64,000 nucleotides of DNA from NCBI GenBank assembly GCA_964016885.1, contig OZ024741.1:371318001-371382000 (forward strand), read 5' to 3'. This DNA is from Eledone cirrhosa. Lineage: Eukaryota. Below the pieces are notes generated by a model that made no database searches, was not told where the DNA came from, and saw only the letters and a program-made list of their open reading frames with translations. The translations under genes were made by a program, and so were the position numbers. This document shows positions 13,553 through 26,195 of this stretch, piece after piece; the first letter of the stretch is position 1; every line of letters starts with the position of its first letter.

Positions 13553-13985
13553 GGGCGGTAGATTGGCAGTATCGGTAGAGTCGAACACCGTGCTTTGCAG
13601 CATAGTGTTACGGTCCTTTACGGTCTGAGTTCAAATCCCGGCGAGGTTAACTTTGCCTTTGATACTTACGGGGTCGATATAAAATAAAGTACCAGTAACG
13701 TACTGAAGTCGATTTAATCGAATCCCCACCTCCCAATTACTGGCCTTGTGCCTATACTAGCAAACATATTTTCCCCTTGTAAATCGTTAGAGCGTCGGAG
13801 AAATGCTTACCAGTATTTGTTCCTACTCTTTATATTCTGAGTTCAAGTCCCGACGAAGCCCACTTTACCATTCCATCATCCGGGGGTCGATGATTTTAAA
13901 AAATGCCAGTAAAATACTGGGATCGATTTAATCGACTTTCCTCTCCCTTCAAATTTCTGGCCTTGTGCCTGAACAAGAAATTATA
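13553..13985 (+). mobile_element. Two tandem tRNA-derived SINEs (MetaSINE-like central domain)
   Basis: Head GGCGGTAGATTGGCAGTATCGGTAGAG, B-box GAGTTCAAATCCC, core CTTTGCCTTT..GGGGTCGAT..AAGTACCAGT, tail GGCCTTGTGCC. Confidence 0.82.
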
Positions 13986-14094
13986 TTTCTCCATCATTCG
14001 GTCAGATTGTTCTTTCTGGGCAACAATACGAAATATTTAACCCTTTTGATACCAAACCGCAGGAAATCGGCTCTAGTTTTGCAATACAAACTGT

Positions 14095-14420
14095 TCGTGG
14101 CTGGGCGGTAAGAGAATTGGATTCGCAATCGTGAGGTTGTGAGTTCGATTCCTGGACCGCGCGATGCTTTATGTCCTTGAGCAAGACACTTTATTTCACG
14201 TTGCTCCAGTTTACTCAGCTGGAGAAATGAATTGCGACGTCACTGGTCTCAAACTGTAGCGGCCATTGCCTTTTCCTTGGACAACATCGGTGGCGTGGAG
14301 AGGGGAGACTGGTATACATGGGCGACTACTGGTCTTCTACAAAACAAACCTTGCCCAGGCTTGTGCCTCGGAGGGAAACTTTCTCGGTACTAAACCATGA
14401 TCTTTCGTGACCGAGTGGGG
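14095..14420 (+). mobile_element. tRNA-derived SINE with V/CORE-like domain
   Basis: A/B boxes (GTGGCTGGGCGGTAAG..GAGTTCGATTCCTGG) followed by GTCCTTGAGCAAGACACTTTATTTCACGTTGCTCCAG. Relatives at 19495-19800 (+), ~20160-20420 (-) and 59970-60240 (+). Confidence 0.8.
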
Positions 14421-14756
14421 TCAAGAAGAAGTCATATTACTAAATGCTTCCAAAGTCTTGATTATTAAAACAAAACAGTTAAAGACCATATAATTATGGT
14501 CATGAATGTGTTAAAATAGTACATCAACATTCATTTACATCGCACACTTCTTAATGTTTCTAGAAATTCTAAAAGGTTGTTATTGTCGTCATCATTATCA
14601 ACCCTGACCCAATAGTTTCTATGATCAAATGTGTTCCAGCTGTGATCAACTAGTCTTTTTTTATTCTCCAGACTTAAGTGTATCTTGAATTATCTTCTTC
14701 CCATTTTAAAAACAATAGTGTGGGGTTAACAAAAATGTGTCGCTATTCGTGTAAAC

Positions 14757-14949
14757 AAGGTATGTCAAACATGCTGCCCTCTACAAGCACACCTGCGGCT
14801 CGCACAAAGGTTTTTACAGTGCGAGCATGTTTTATTTCGTGATATAAAATTTAAATAAATAGTTGTAATATGCACAACTAGTTGTCGTGTGTGTGTGGCC
14901 CTCAGACAACATATATGGTCCTCGGGGGACCCTCAGTTTGACATGCCTG
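14757..14949. mobile_element. Second copy of the hAT MITE
   Basis: AAGGTATGTCAAACATGC..CAGTTTGACATGCCTG; TSD GTGTAAAC/GTGTAGAC (7/8). Confidence 0.82.
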
Positions 14950-15664
14950 GTGTAGACCTATGGACACAAACTTTCCAATCATGACCATCCCATAATATTC
15001 TTATCCAACGCATCCTTCATTTTTGTAAAGGTGGGTGCAATGTGAGGAACATTTGGTTGCCATTTCTAGCGGATCGTATAATATCTGTTTTCGTTTAGCC
15101 TAGACCAGCCATGGTCGAGCAAACCTATGATCAAAGGCATTCTCGCAGTCGCTATTGCGTATTTTTATCAGATATAGTTTATCTCAGAATACATTATCAA
15201 GTGTCTTTCCGTTAAAAAAAAACGGCTTAGTATATAATTTAAGAGCTATTTGGCTACTATTTTTAGAATACTTAACGACCATGTAAAGTCTCCTTTATCG
15301 GCTCATTTTCGTTGAGAAATGTGGGAGATCCATTTCTTATTTTAATAGTATTTCTGTCAGGAGTGTAATAAATATTGCATTTAGCGCGTTTTCCTGTTTT
15401 ATTTTTCTTCGCATATCAGCTTCCTTGGTCTTTAAACTGGAATAAACTTCCGCAAGTCAATTCAATGTCACGTACATTTTAAAGAGTGTTTCTAAACGTA
15501 TTTGAAATATTAAAGCATTTAATATATTTAACTGCGTCCGGTGTCTGGCATGTCACTATTAAATGTTTAAAAGCACCGTCTCTAAATTATTTACTTTCTA
15601 GACAAGTAACCAGTCTATTGAGGGAATATACGATATTGCTCCATTAGTTCTAATTTTGTTTTTT

Positions 15665-16125
15665 AATAATAATTGTTTCTACTTTTGACACAAGGTCAGC
15701 AATTACCCCACTGCATTACAGGTACTATATTTTATCGACCCCGTAAGGATGAAAGGCAAAGTTAACCGCGGCGGGATTTGAACTCAGACCGTAAAGAGGT
15801 GTAACTCTATGCTGCAAAGCATGGTGTCCCACTCTACTGATACTGCCAATCCCCGCCCTATTTTAATAATTGTTTCTACTTTTCGCACAAGGCCAGCAAT
15901 TATCCCACATAATAATGGTTTCTTATATAGGCACAAGGCCAACAATTTTGGGGGAGGGGAAAGTTGATTTAATCGACCACAGTGCGTGACTGCTACCTTA
16001 TTTTATCGACCCCGTAAGGATGAAAGGCAAAGATACCTCGGCGGGATTTGAACTCAGATCTTAAAGGACCGTAACTCTATACTACAAAGCATGATGTCTG
16101 ACCCTCTACCGAAACTGCCAATCCA
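15665..16125 (-). mobile_element. Cluster of MetaSINE-like SINE copies (another at ~16445-16610)
   Basis: Reverse-complement core TTTATCGACCCCGTAAGGATGAAAGGCAAAG..GGGATTTGAACTCAG..TGCCAATCC. Confidence 0.82.
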
Positions 16126-18026
16126 CAATAATCTGTATTTACACGTTTACTTTATTGAAATTTTGCAACTTGTGAGTGTGTGATGGAGTGGAAGAAACAG
16201 CTGAGCACAAAATGTTTTATCGTTCTGCTGTCCGAAGTTCATATTTTGCAGAAGTGGATAAAATCAGTATCAAGTCATGAATGTATGTATGAACCCGTAA
16301 GACCCTTGGAGTCGTGGAGGTGCCGTATTGACATACAGCAATTCTAGGCTATTTTAAAACCTGGCGGAGCCCATCTCTTCTCGAGATTTGAATACAGCAG
16401 ATTTCTTCCAGAAAAGATAGAGAGAGTGAGAGAAAGGAAGTGAGAAGAATCGATCCCAGTACTAGACTGGTACTTCTTTATCGACTCAACCTTGAATGAA
16501 TGAAAGGCAAAGTTAACCTCGGCAGGGTTTGAACTCAGAAGGTAGAGAGACGGAACGAATACCACAAAGCATTCTATCCAACGTTATAATGAGCCTGCCA
16601 ATTTGCCGACTTACCAAGTCATCGGCTGTATTCCTCTCCTACACATTGTGTGATTTTTGTGCCAATGTAACACATAATTCTTACAAAACAGACCCTGTCC
16701 ATCAACAGTAGAGACACAAAAAAAAAAAAATTAAGCAATGAAAGTAAGGAGTCTCTACGCACCAGTCTAGGTGGTGAGTATCAGTTGCGCCCACAGATAA
16801 AATGGTGACAACATTGCCACAAAGAACAGTCAACGACACCTGTTACTTTGTGACACCGCCTCACGGAGCTTTTTCCTCAGGTAGGATGCACTTCTCGCAA
16901 TTTTGCGGAAGAAAACGGCAGTTCAGCGACCGAAGACTTCCGAGGTCCCAAATGTATTTAAATTTAACGACATAGGCTTGGGGAGTGTTGTGTGATCTCA
17001 CCTTCAGTACACATGTAACGTTACCCAGACAAGTAAGATGAATTTCCTTATTACAGTTTAGAGACGACGCCAATTTGCAGAACAGAGTCAAGATAACCTG
17101 ACTGTGTTTTGAAACCTCGACCTCATTATCAAGGGAATTCCAACATTATATATATTGATGTCGTAGCTGTTGATCGCGCAGACATGTACTGAGTCTGCGG
17201 CATCAGCAAACGTCCCTAGACGGTGAATTAGGAATGTTCCAAAATTACATATATCGTGGCTGTCGCAGCGTTTCCAAACGTTCCTTGACTGCTTTCCGCA
17301 GCTCGTCTTTTTGACTCAGCTGTAGTCTTGGGTCAAGCGAGGACCGAGACAGGGTATCTGGCATCTGGACTGTTGTCAGGCGTTCACAACCCTCTACCAG
17401 TTAGGCAATACAGCCGGTGGAAATTCTGCGATTGCGTTCTATAGAGGACTAATGGTGGACAAGTGTGACGACGCTCTCGAGAAAACCATAGACGTCGACC
17501 AAAATGAACTGATTCGTCTATTATGGAGGACATTCAGTCGAGGGTCTATGGATAATTTCCAGAAATCCTTGGCCTGGCAGTACTATCAGAAGCACGCCGA
17601 TTCGATTTAAACTCTACAGATACAGAAGTGCTGGGAAATAACAGATAAATTATATGGACAGATAGATAGACAAACAAACGTTTGTTTATAGTTTTCAGTG
17701 GTAAACAAACTAATTATACATTGGTTTCAGGGCTCATATACTGTATAATGTTAAGATATTTGTTGCTGGTGGCGACTGTTTAAAGTTTCGCCGGCGTTGT
17801 TAGCTTATCAAAAGTAACGAGATATATGTATATAGATATAATAATAATTATTATTATGGAAATTACTTCTACAGAACTAGAAATGTTTCAAAGTGATTTT
17901 TTACGGATAACAGTTCTAGTCCTGTAGAAGTCATTTCTATAATAAAATAAATATACCTATCCTCTACTAACGTATTGAGCACCTTTTTGTAACTGTGCTC
18001 ACCTCCCGATATACATCGGGAATCCA

Positions 18027-18103
<77 letters not shown>

Positions 18104-18262
18104 GTAGAACACTGGAAGGTAATATCCGTAGTGGTAGAGCACTCAGTCCATGGGACGAGTTAGGTAGAAGTGGTTACACAACAGTTAGTTCACCATACCA
18201 AAAACAATTGTTTCACCTTAGCGGATCCTCAGCTCGTAATGGACTAATGGACATGTCAATTA

Positions 18263-18300
18263 CGAGCTGAGGATCCGCTAAGGTGAAACAATTGTTCTCG
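18263..18300 (+). ncRNA. Minimal type I hammerhead (family E) inside the 18167-18334 fold-back
   Basis: CGAG-CTGAGGA-TCC gctaa GGT-GAA-ACAATTGT-T^CTCG. The inverted copy at ~18198-18238 has a degraded stem I. Confidence 0.6.
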
Positions 18301-18332
18301 GTATGGTGAACTAACTCTTGTGTAACCACTTC

Positions 18333-18401
<69 letters not shown>

Positions 18402-20697
18402 TTGTATATCCTTATTATACCGTTTTGTGTGCGTGTTTGTGTGGTTGAATGTATGTTTTTCTTTTATTTGTTTATATGTGTATATATGTGTGCATGTGTG
18501 CGTGAGTGTTTGTGCTTGCAATTCTTCAACAAAGAAACGCTAAAATAAATAATAACAATAATAATACAAAACATATGGCAATTGCTCGTCTTTCACTTCA
18601 TTTACTGTTTCATCTTCGTTTTTTTTTCTTTATCCTTCTTTTTTTTCCTCAAACATTCTGTTGAATTAGGTTTTCTATATACAGTTGAATCCAGTGAACA
18701 GGGATATGTCATCAACAGCTGTTTGTGTTGTTGATATTTCTCCTTAGCCCCAAATCAGCTGCAATTTACTAGACTTATGATCATTTGTGGTATTTGTTCC
18801 GGCTATCAAATCCCATCAAGGTCACTTTCCCTTTTATCCGACTAAGATCCACTTTCATTTGTTTGGAATAGGAAAACACCAGTGGCTTCATATGTGTCGT
18901 GGGACGATGGATTAACATCTTGAAGCTTCTTCGCCAAAAGATCTGTAAAATTTATGTTATGGAAGATTATCAATGGCCCATGCATTCAAATCTCCACTCA
19001 CCCCAACTCAATGCTGTTCAAGGACCAATAGAGCTTGGTTGCAGTGTCATCACAGGTGTTACCACCAGAACGCAAAGAGCCAGAACAAATATCCCACGAC
19101 ACCTCCTCTGGCGCTCCAACGATTCCGCCAGTTCAACACCATAGACACGATACTATTTTTATCAACAAGGATGAACAGCAAATGTGACCGTTGGATTTTA
19201 ACTCAAAGTACAAAGCATTCTATCTTACACTCTAATAATTCTACGAATTTGCTGGCTCTGTGTGGGACTGTATCCGGTATATATGGAATCACACTAGACG
19301 ACATTGCCCCACTGTGTGACTATCTATGATAGCATGATGCCTCGGTGAAATAAGTAATAGAGAAGTGTTGAAGCTAAATCTAATGATCACACAAAGTGTT
19401 TGGCACGAAAATCCAGAATTCTCGTCTCATGCCTTAAGAACATAAATTCATTAACTTCACTAAATAAATTCTATGTTCACAAGTCATATGTATAAGTGCA
19501 TGGCTTAGTGGCTACCGTGTTCAGCTGATGATCGTAAAGCCACAAGTTCGATTCCTGGCAGTGTATTATGTCCTTGAGCAAAACATTTTATTTCACGTTG
19601 CTCTAGCTCACACAGTTGGCAAAAAGAACTTGTACCTGTAGGTCAAAGGGCAGTCCTTGTCACCTACTGTTCCACGATGAATATTCTCAAGAACTACGCC
19701 CAGCCACTTGCCCAGCCACTTGCACAGAAATTTCAGGAGGAGGCTGTTCTGTTGATCAAACAACTGGAACACTCTTCATTGAAACTGACGGAGATCTAAC
19801 AACAACGTAAGCCATTACTAGTTTCCTTGTGTTCTTTCTTTTTCTTTTAATGTTGCTACTTGGTTATAACCTACCCTTAAATACGTGACCTTAAATATGT
19901 GGCGAATGGCGTAGGATGCGGTGTTGTTCAATAGATTAAGGTTCTGGTGCTTTGAGTCGAAGTTACAGTGGATACATTTTCCTAACATGTGTAATAGGGA
20001 TGATTGATCAAATTTGGCTGTTATTTAGGCGTGGTGTGATCATATTTCTGTAGATAACGTTTACATTTTTAACTGCTGTAGACATACATCTTACATAATA
20101 ACTTACTCCTTGTAGGAAGCAAGTGAGCTCAGTGGTAAAAATACGGATGTTTGATTAAAAGTTAAAGACGAAGGCTCATCAAACCGGTGTTTATCCTCGG
20201 TTTCTTTGATGCTAAGTGACTAAAACTTTCCCTGGACAGGACGCCGGTCTATCTAAGAATTAACTCATCAGCTACTGCTTTATACACTGTATATAAAGTG
20301 CAGTACACTCTCAGCTGTGTGTACTGTAGCAACATGAAATAAAGTATTTTGCTCAATAACACATCCAAGTAGCCTGTCCAGGAATCATACCAACGTCATT
20401 ATGATTGTACATCAAGCATTCTAATTGTTTGCATTTTTATAACTTACAGGTAAAATTAAGACTTAATTTCATTTAAGATCGAAGTTTGTGTTTCTATCAG
20501 CACCTAGCACAACCTGTCAAAACTACTGAAAACGAGCCAATGTAGGCGACACTATATAGTCGCGTGCCTAGACTGATATCAAAAAGCCAAATCAAATCAC
20601 ACCCCACTGATTTACAAGAACAAGATACATTACTAATCTTTTACTTATTGTCTTTCAATCTTAAATACACACAGAGACATAGAGGCAGCCTTTGTCT

Positions 20698-20735
<38 letters not shown>

Positions 20736-20773
20736 TATATATACATACATACATACATATATATATATATATG

Positions 20774-20937
<164 letters not shown>

Positions 20938-20960
20938 CATATATACATACATATATATAT

Positions 20961-22021
20961 ACCAGATAGAAAAATGCGTACAGCAAAAAAAAGTAATATT
21001 GTTGGAATATAAACCTTTAAAAATACAGGACAAGAAACTAAAATAAAACTTTAAAATAATAGGACAAGAAACTAAGATAAAACTTTAAAAGAATAGGATA
21101 AGAAACTAAGATAAAACTTTAAAGAATTGGACAAGAAATAAAAAGTTTTACAATAATATTAGTGGCAAAATTTTTATTGGTAAAAAATCGAGTTCCACAT
21201 TCATAGGCTCTGGGTTCCACATTCAGAGGTCGTCGTCAGACCGGGGGGATGATTTGATCCTGGTTTGAACACCAATTGGGCCATAACCATACCCCTATTT
21301 CATCATTCGGCGACACGCCTCATGTGTCATGCATAATGTGAATGGACCCATGGGCCCATGAGCACAGATCTTGAGCAGCAGCGGACGGTCTTGTCGTCCC
21401 GCTCATCCTTGATCTTGACCAACCCGTCCATCTTCTCCTTGCATCTTGTCCTTGAGTTCAAGTCCGGCAGTCCAGATGAATGCGTGCCACAGCTTTCTGG
21501 TACAGGAAGGGGGAGCAGGAGGACTGGAGGGATGACGGGACAGAGGGAGGGAGGACCGGTGGTTGAGGGAGGTGCCGTAGTCGGTGGTCAGAGTCGACAT
21601 CTTGTCCCGGTCGTCTTCTCCATCTTCGTCTGGTGTTGCGAGACCAGAAGTGCATTCTTGGAGGAGACCTGCAGTTGCATCGGACAATTCTTCTTGCAAT
21701 GGTCATTCTGACGGAGCAGAACTGCTCAGCCAACCAACCCCAACCAGAACCAACCGCTCAGGGGCAACGCGCAATGAGAGCATGACAATTATTATGCACT
21801 AATCAAGAAGATACTGGGGCATAGCACAGGAAACGAATAAAAAAATGTTGCCACTAATATTATTGTAAAACTTTTTATTTCTTGTCCAATTCTTTAAAGT
21901 TTTATCTTAGTTTCTTGTCCTATTCTTTTAAAGTTTTATTTTAGTTTCTTGTCCTGTATTTTTAAAGGTTTATATTCCAACAATATTACTTTTTTTTGCT
22001 GTACGCATTTTTATATCTGGT
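20961..22021. repeat. Inverted repeats (~180-215 bp, with internal ~32-bp subrepeats) enclosing a GC-richer 660-bp segment
   Basis: 20961-21175 is the reverse complement of ~21840-22021. Subunit AGGACAAGAAACTAAGATAAAACTTTAAAA. Confidence 0.85.
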
Positions 22022-22294
22022 CTACTATTTTTTAAGGCAATGCAAGCAACAACTATCTAATAATTAAATGATCATAGTGAATTACTGACAAGTGATTGAC
22101 ATTTTAAAGTTCTTTTGAGTATAATTGCAATCTAGTTGAGGCAACTGGCTTAATGACAAAGCTAGTAAATCATGAATGCATTTGAGATGATTAGTGCATA
22201 ATAGTGAATTGGTGAAACTTGTGCATTTCAATGGTGTTACAACAATCGATGTAAGTTATATAGTAGTAATACTTTATCATTTTAACTTTTTAGA

Positions 22295-22630
22295 ATGGAC
22301 AAAAACCCATGCAAAGAAATGACTTTGACTGCAGTGATTCTCTCCAATTTACTTACAAAGAAAAACGTGGTCAAATACCTTATCATCTCTGATAAAATGC
22401 CCATTGAATCACTGAAAATCGGATGCATGGAATTCCTCATAAAATGCACCTATGAATCGGAAGCCATCACATATATCAATGGATATAGGGAGTTGTTCAC
22501 ACTGGAAGACCATCACTTCATTTGTGACTTCATCAGTTATCTCCACGATTATCTCAGACACCCAATGCCATTGATGAGAGGTGATCCAATGTGTGAGCAT
22601 AGAAGTTGTTATCGACCACCTGGCTTTTAG
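22295..22630 (+). CDS. Putative BACK/BTB-associated domain-like ORF (111 aa, possibly a terminal exon)
   Basis: SNLLTKKNVVKYLIISDKMPIESLKIGCMEFL fits the L-x-x-x-N-V..L..D....LK..C..F pattern that follows BTB domains. Preceded by a possible 43-nt intron GTAAGT(22251)..TTTTTAG(22293); AATAAA at ~22726. Confidence 0.45.
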   Translation: MDKNPCKEMTLTAVILSNLLTKKNVVKYLIISDKMPIESLKIGCMEFLIKCTYESEAITYINGYRELFTLEDHHFICDFISYLHDYLRHPMPLMRGDPMCEHRSCYRPPGF

Positions 22631-22820
22631 TGACATTTGACTGATTTGACTGATAATGATGTATTTTTAAAAAGTATGTGTACATTCTTGTTACTATTTT
22701 AAGGCAATGCAAGCAACAACTATTTAATAAAATTTATATTTAAAAATGACCATTGTGCATTACTAGTATGAGGACATTTTATTAAGTCACAAAATTAGTC
22801 AGTCAGCCATAGAACAAGGA

Positions 22821-23619
22821 TCAGGTGGCAAAAACATTGGCAAAAATTTGTGTCAATTTAAGATTTCCAACATTGTTCAAATGAATCATATTTGGTTTGA
22901 AGTCAGATTTGTCAAATTTTGACCAATTTTCAATATTGTGAAGATTGGGCAAGTTCAATTTTTGAATCATTTCTTTCATGCAGTAATTAAACTTTTCCAA
23001 ACGAGAATTTCTCTTGCCCAAGTCATTTTTATTTTCAATTACACTTTGTGGACGTGGAATGACACCACTGTAGAAAATGGGTGTACAGTGGTGCTTTTCC
23101 GCTATTTTCTGTAGCCTTGCAAAGAGACTCTTCCCCTGTTTTTCCGGTTTTGTGCCTCGAATGGGCACTTTGTCCTTAATTTACAAATAAATGATTAATA
23201 AAAAATACTTGGGCAAAAATTATTGTATTACTTTGCACAGCTTTGTAGTGCCAACGGTGCGACGAGGATTCAGATCATTAGAGCCGACATGAACCACCAA
23301 TACTTTCACAAAAGGACAACAGATAACAATGTTGGCGATTAACATTACCTGGCCCTGACGGGCCCCAGGTATACAAAATATCTAAGTATTTTTGTTGGTA
23401 TGATAAGTAAATACATTTGAATTATTAATATTTTTATACCTTCTGGTCATTCGATTTCGCCACATTTCTAATTATGGATTTGTAAAAACTGGCATGAATG
23501 TGAATTTGATCAGTCCAATTGCCCGATTTTAGTGAAAAGTGTTGATTCGAAATGGAAATACTCCATTTCCGTGCCATGGAAAAAATGAATAAGCCGATCA
23601 AAAAGCCGCGAAACATCAT
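22821..23619 (-). CDS. Three-exon SGNH/GDSL hydrolase-fold protein (~227 aa); exons 23619-23440, 23381-23232, 23174-22821
   Basis: Two phase-0 GT..AG introns (58 and 57 nt) join an open frame: ..FYKSIIRNV..|IFCIPGAR..VLVVHVGSND..|..IFYSGVIPR..FN..NWSKF..NMIHLNNVG.. = SGNH blocks I, II, III and V. Confidence 0.72.
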
Positions 23620-23666
23620 TTTTAATTAAGCGAAATTAGTGGATGCAAATCTCAGAAAATATTGTA

Positions 23667-23745
23667 CACTATTCGCACCTATCGCACTATTCGCACCTAT
23701 CGGTACAAAAATAGAGCGCACTATTCGCACCTATCGGTACAAAAA
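23667..23745. repeat. Short tandem repeat CACTATTCGCACCTATCG (3 copies) upstream of the SGNH gene
   Basis: Copies at ~23667, 23685 and 23719. Further GAACAAAGGTGTC repeats at ~23914-23980. Confidence 0.75.
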
Positions 23746-24559
23746 AATCGCACGACTGTTAATAATACTAGAAGTGCAAACTATCTGTTGAATACCTGGT
23801 ATATGAAGAGCAACGAATACGATCGGTCGGCGATCGGTCTTGAAGAAGAATGAAGAATGAAGTGAAATTTTGGTCTGGTTGTTGTCATCGGTGTTTCGCA
23901 GAGATGCCGGCACGAACAAAGGTGTCAGTGACACAAAGTTGTCCGCTTGAACAAAGGTGTCGGTCCGACAAAGGTGTCAGTCAGACAGACAGTCAGACAG
24001 TGTTACAGTCGGTGCGACAAAGCGATCGATGCGATTAAAAAAATTTAACTCACATGTTTACCTATATTTTCGCAAACTATTGATAGATTGGTACAAAAAA
24101 TAGCTTTGATAATAAACATAAATTTTTAACGAAGTATTTAAAAAGCATTTTAGCAGTAAAAAGTGAAGTAATGTTTCACACTGACGCAAGATAGAAATGA
24201 CGTAGTTAATTAGGAGGAGGGGATTCGGCGATTTGACTACATTTGACTAACGTAATCACAATCACAAGAGTTCCGCCGAAAGAAATTCGTCATTTCTGGA
24301 TTACCTCCCCTAGCGTCACGCTTACTAGTCACTCACTTGATCACAAGATTTATCAGCAAACTTTGATTATAAACTTTTTCCCGCTGGACCAAATTTCTAG
24401 ATTTTTAAGCCAAAAGATGCGTAATGATCTACTGTTCATGCTCATATAAGTTTTATCTCCGTTAAATAAAGTAGAGCCGCGCTGTACTGTCGTAAACAGA
24501 CGATTGCCAACGAAAACACGACCACAACAATATTACTAAACGGATTACCGTCCGTTTAG

Positions 24560-24613
<54 letters not shown>

Positions 24614-24649
24614 TACATACATACATATATATATATTTTAATAAATATA

Positions 24650-24755
<106 letters not shown>

Positions 24756-24775
24756 CATACATACATATATATATA

Positions 24776-25385
24776 TGGTGGCTGCCAACTCGTTTTCGAG
24801 TACGGCCACTACTTTATATCCATGTAGGAGAACCCCTACCAATGCGCTGAACGAGTCTGACTTTTTAGTCCAGCCAGCGACTTGAAAACTCTGGTACAAA
24901 CACTACACTTGTGACAATTATTGACACATAGTGCTGGGCCCATGGTACCATGTGACGACAAGTGCAGAGAGATCTCCAGATATAAAGTAATTCCTGTGCG
25001 TGAAGCTTTTATAGTGAGCAAAGGCACTGCACAAAGCCAGTCCCACTCTCTTAACCAAGATGATATTTACCAAAAAGAAGAACAAGTCAACATCATTGGA
25101 TACCATCAAGGTTGCAGGTGTTATATCAGAGTTTTCCTTCTCCTAGAATTCTGCCTTGACAAAACCTAAGGGGTCATCTCTCCCGGTGATTTTGGATGGC
25201 CATTGACTCTTAAGAGCTCCTTTTCCCTTTGACAGATTTTGTTTTTAGTCCTGCAGGATGTCCAAAATCACCCTCCTCACCAAGAAACCTTGGTGGGATT
25301 GCCAGTTTAGTCGCCAACGACCCGACCATGAGATAGGTTGTACTGGGATACATGTTACCAGTAGCACCAACTGGTGACCTGACAT
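24776..25385 (-). mobile_element. ~610-bp internally deleted, non-autonomous RTE derivative in (TA)n
   Basis: RTE-type leader (GGCGACTAAACTGGCAA..CTAGGAGAAGGAAAACTCTGA) fused to terminal zinc-finger codons ([18 protein letters not shown]) and the 3' hairpin GGCCGTACTCGAAAACGAGTTGGCAGCCACC. Confidence 0.7.
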
Positions 25386-25387
25386 AC

Positions 25388-25462
<75 letters not shown>

Positions 25463-26074
25463 TATATATAATAGGTCCCCCTATTAAATCCTATATCATC
25501 AACAAAAAATGACCTAGAGAACATCAAAATTGCTCCTGTAGAATCAAAAGTGAATGCCCATTACAAGGTAAATGCAACACCAAAGCCATTGTATATGCGG
25601 CTAAAGTGACAACCACCAGCAACAACCAACCAGCCACCAGTGAACGATATGTGGGTATGACGCAAGACAAATTCAAAACGCGTTATTACTCACATGTCGC
25701 ATCCTTTCGACATCCAGAAAAAAGATTTACAACATCTCTGGCTAGCAGAATATGGGATTTGAAAGACCAAGGTATCCAATATAAATTGGATTGGTCAATT
25801 TTGAACCAATCTAAAGAATATGCAACTGGAACAAGAAAATGCACGCTCTGTATAAATGAAAAATATTGGATTCTGCAAAACCTTAAATCACCAAAGACCT
25901 GCCTAAACACAAAGACAGAAATTTTCACCAGTTGCCCACACATGAAATCACACCTGCTTTCCAGCTCATATAAACTTAACACACTTTCAGATACTTATCC
26001 TCCATAAGCTCTTATTATTCTCTTTAAGACTACATTTTCTGATTTACTTTCATTTTTAACCTTATTATTAATTT

Positions 26075-26195
26075 CATTTTTATTTTTATTATTTTTATTT
26101 TTATTTTTATTTTTATTTTTATTTTTATTTTTATTTTTATTTTTATTTTTATTTTTATTTTTATTTTTATTTTTATTTTTATTTTTATTTTTATT
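26075..26195. repeat. (TTTTTA)n minisatellite
   Basis: Direct reading. Confidence 0.95.

Noticed and set aside
14095-14165. tRNA genes at SINE heads (also ~39715-39770)
   Set aside because: A/B boxes are present but there is no complete cloverleaf, and they continue into SINE bodies.
21358-21802. Overlapping 70-117 aa ORFs in the GC-richer segment
   Set aside because: No recognisable domain and an in-frame stop upstream; mentioned only as part of the island.
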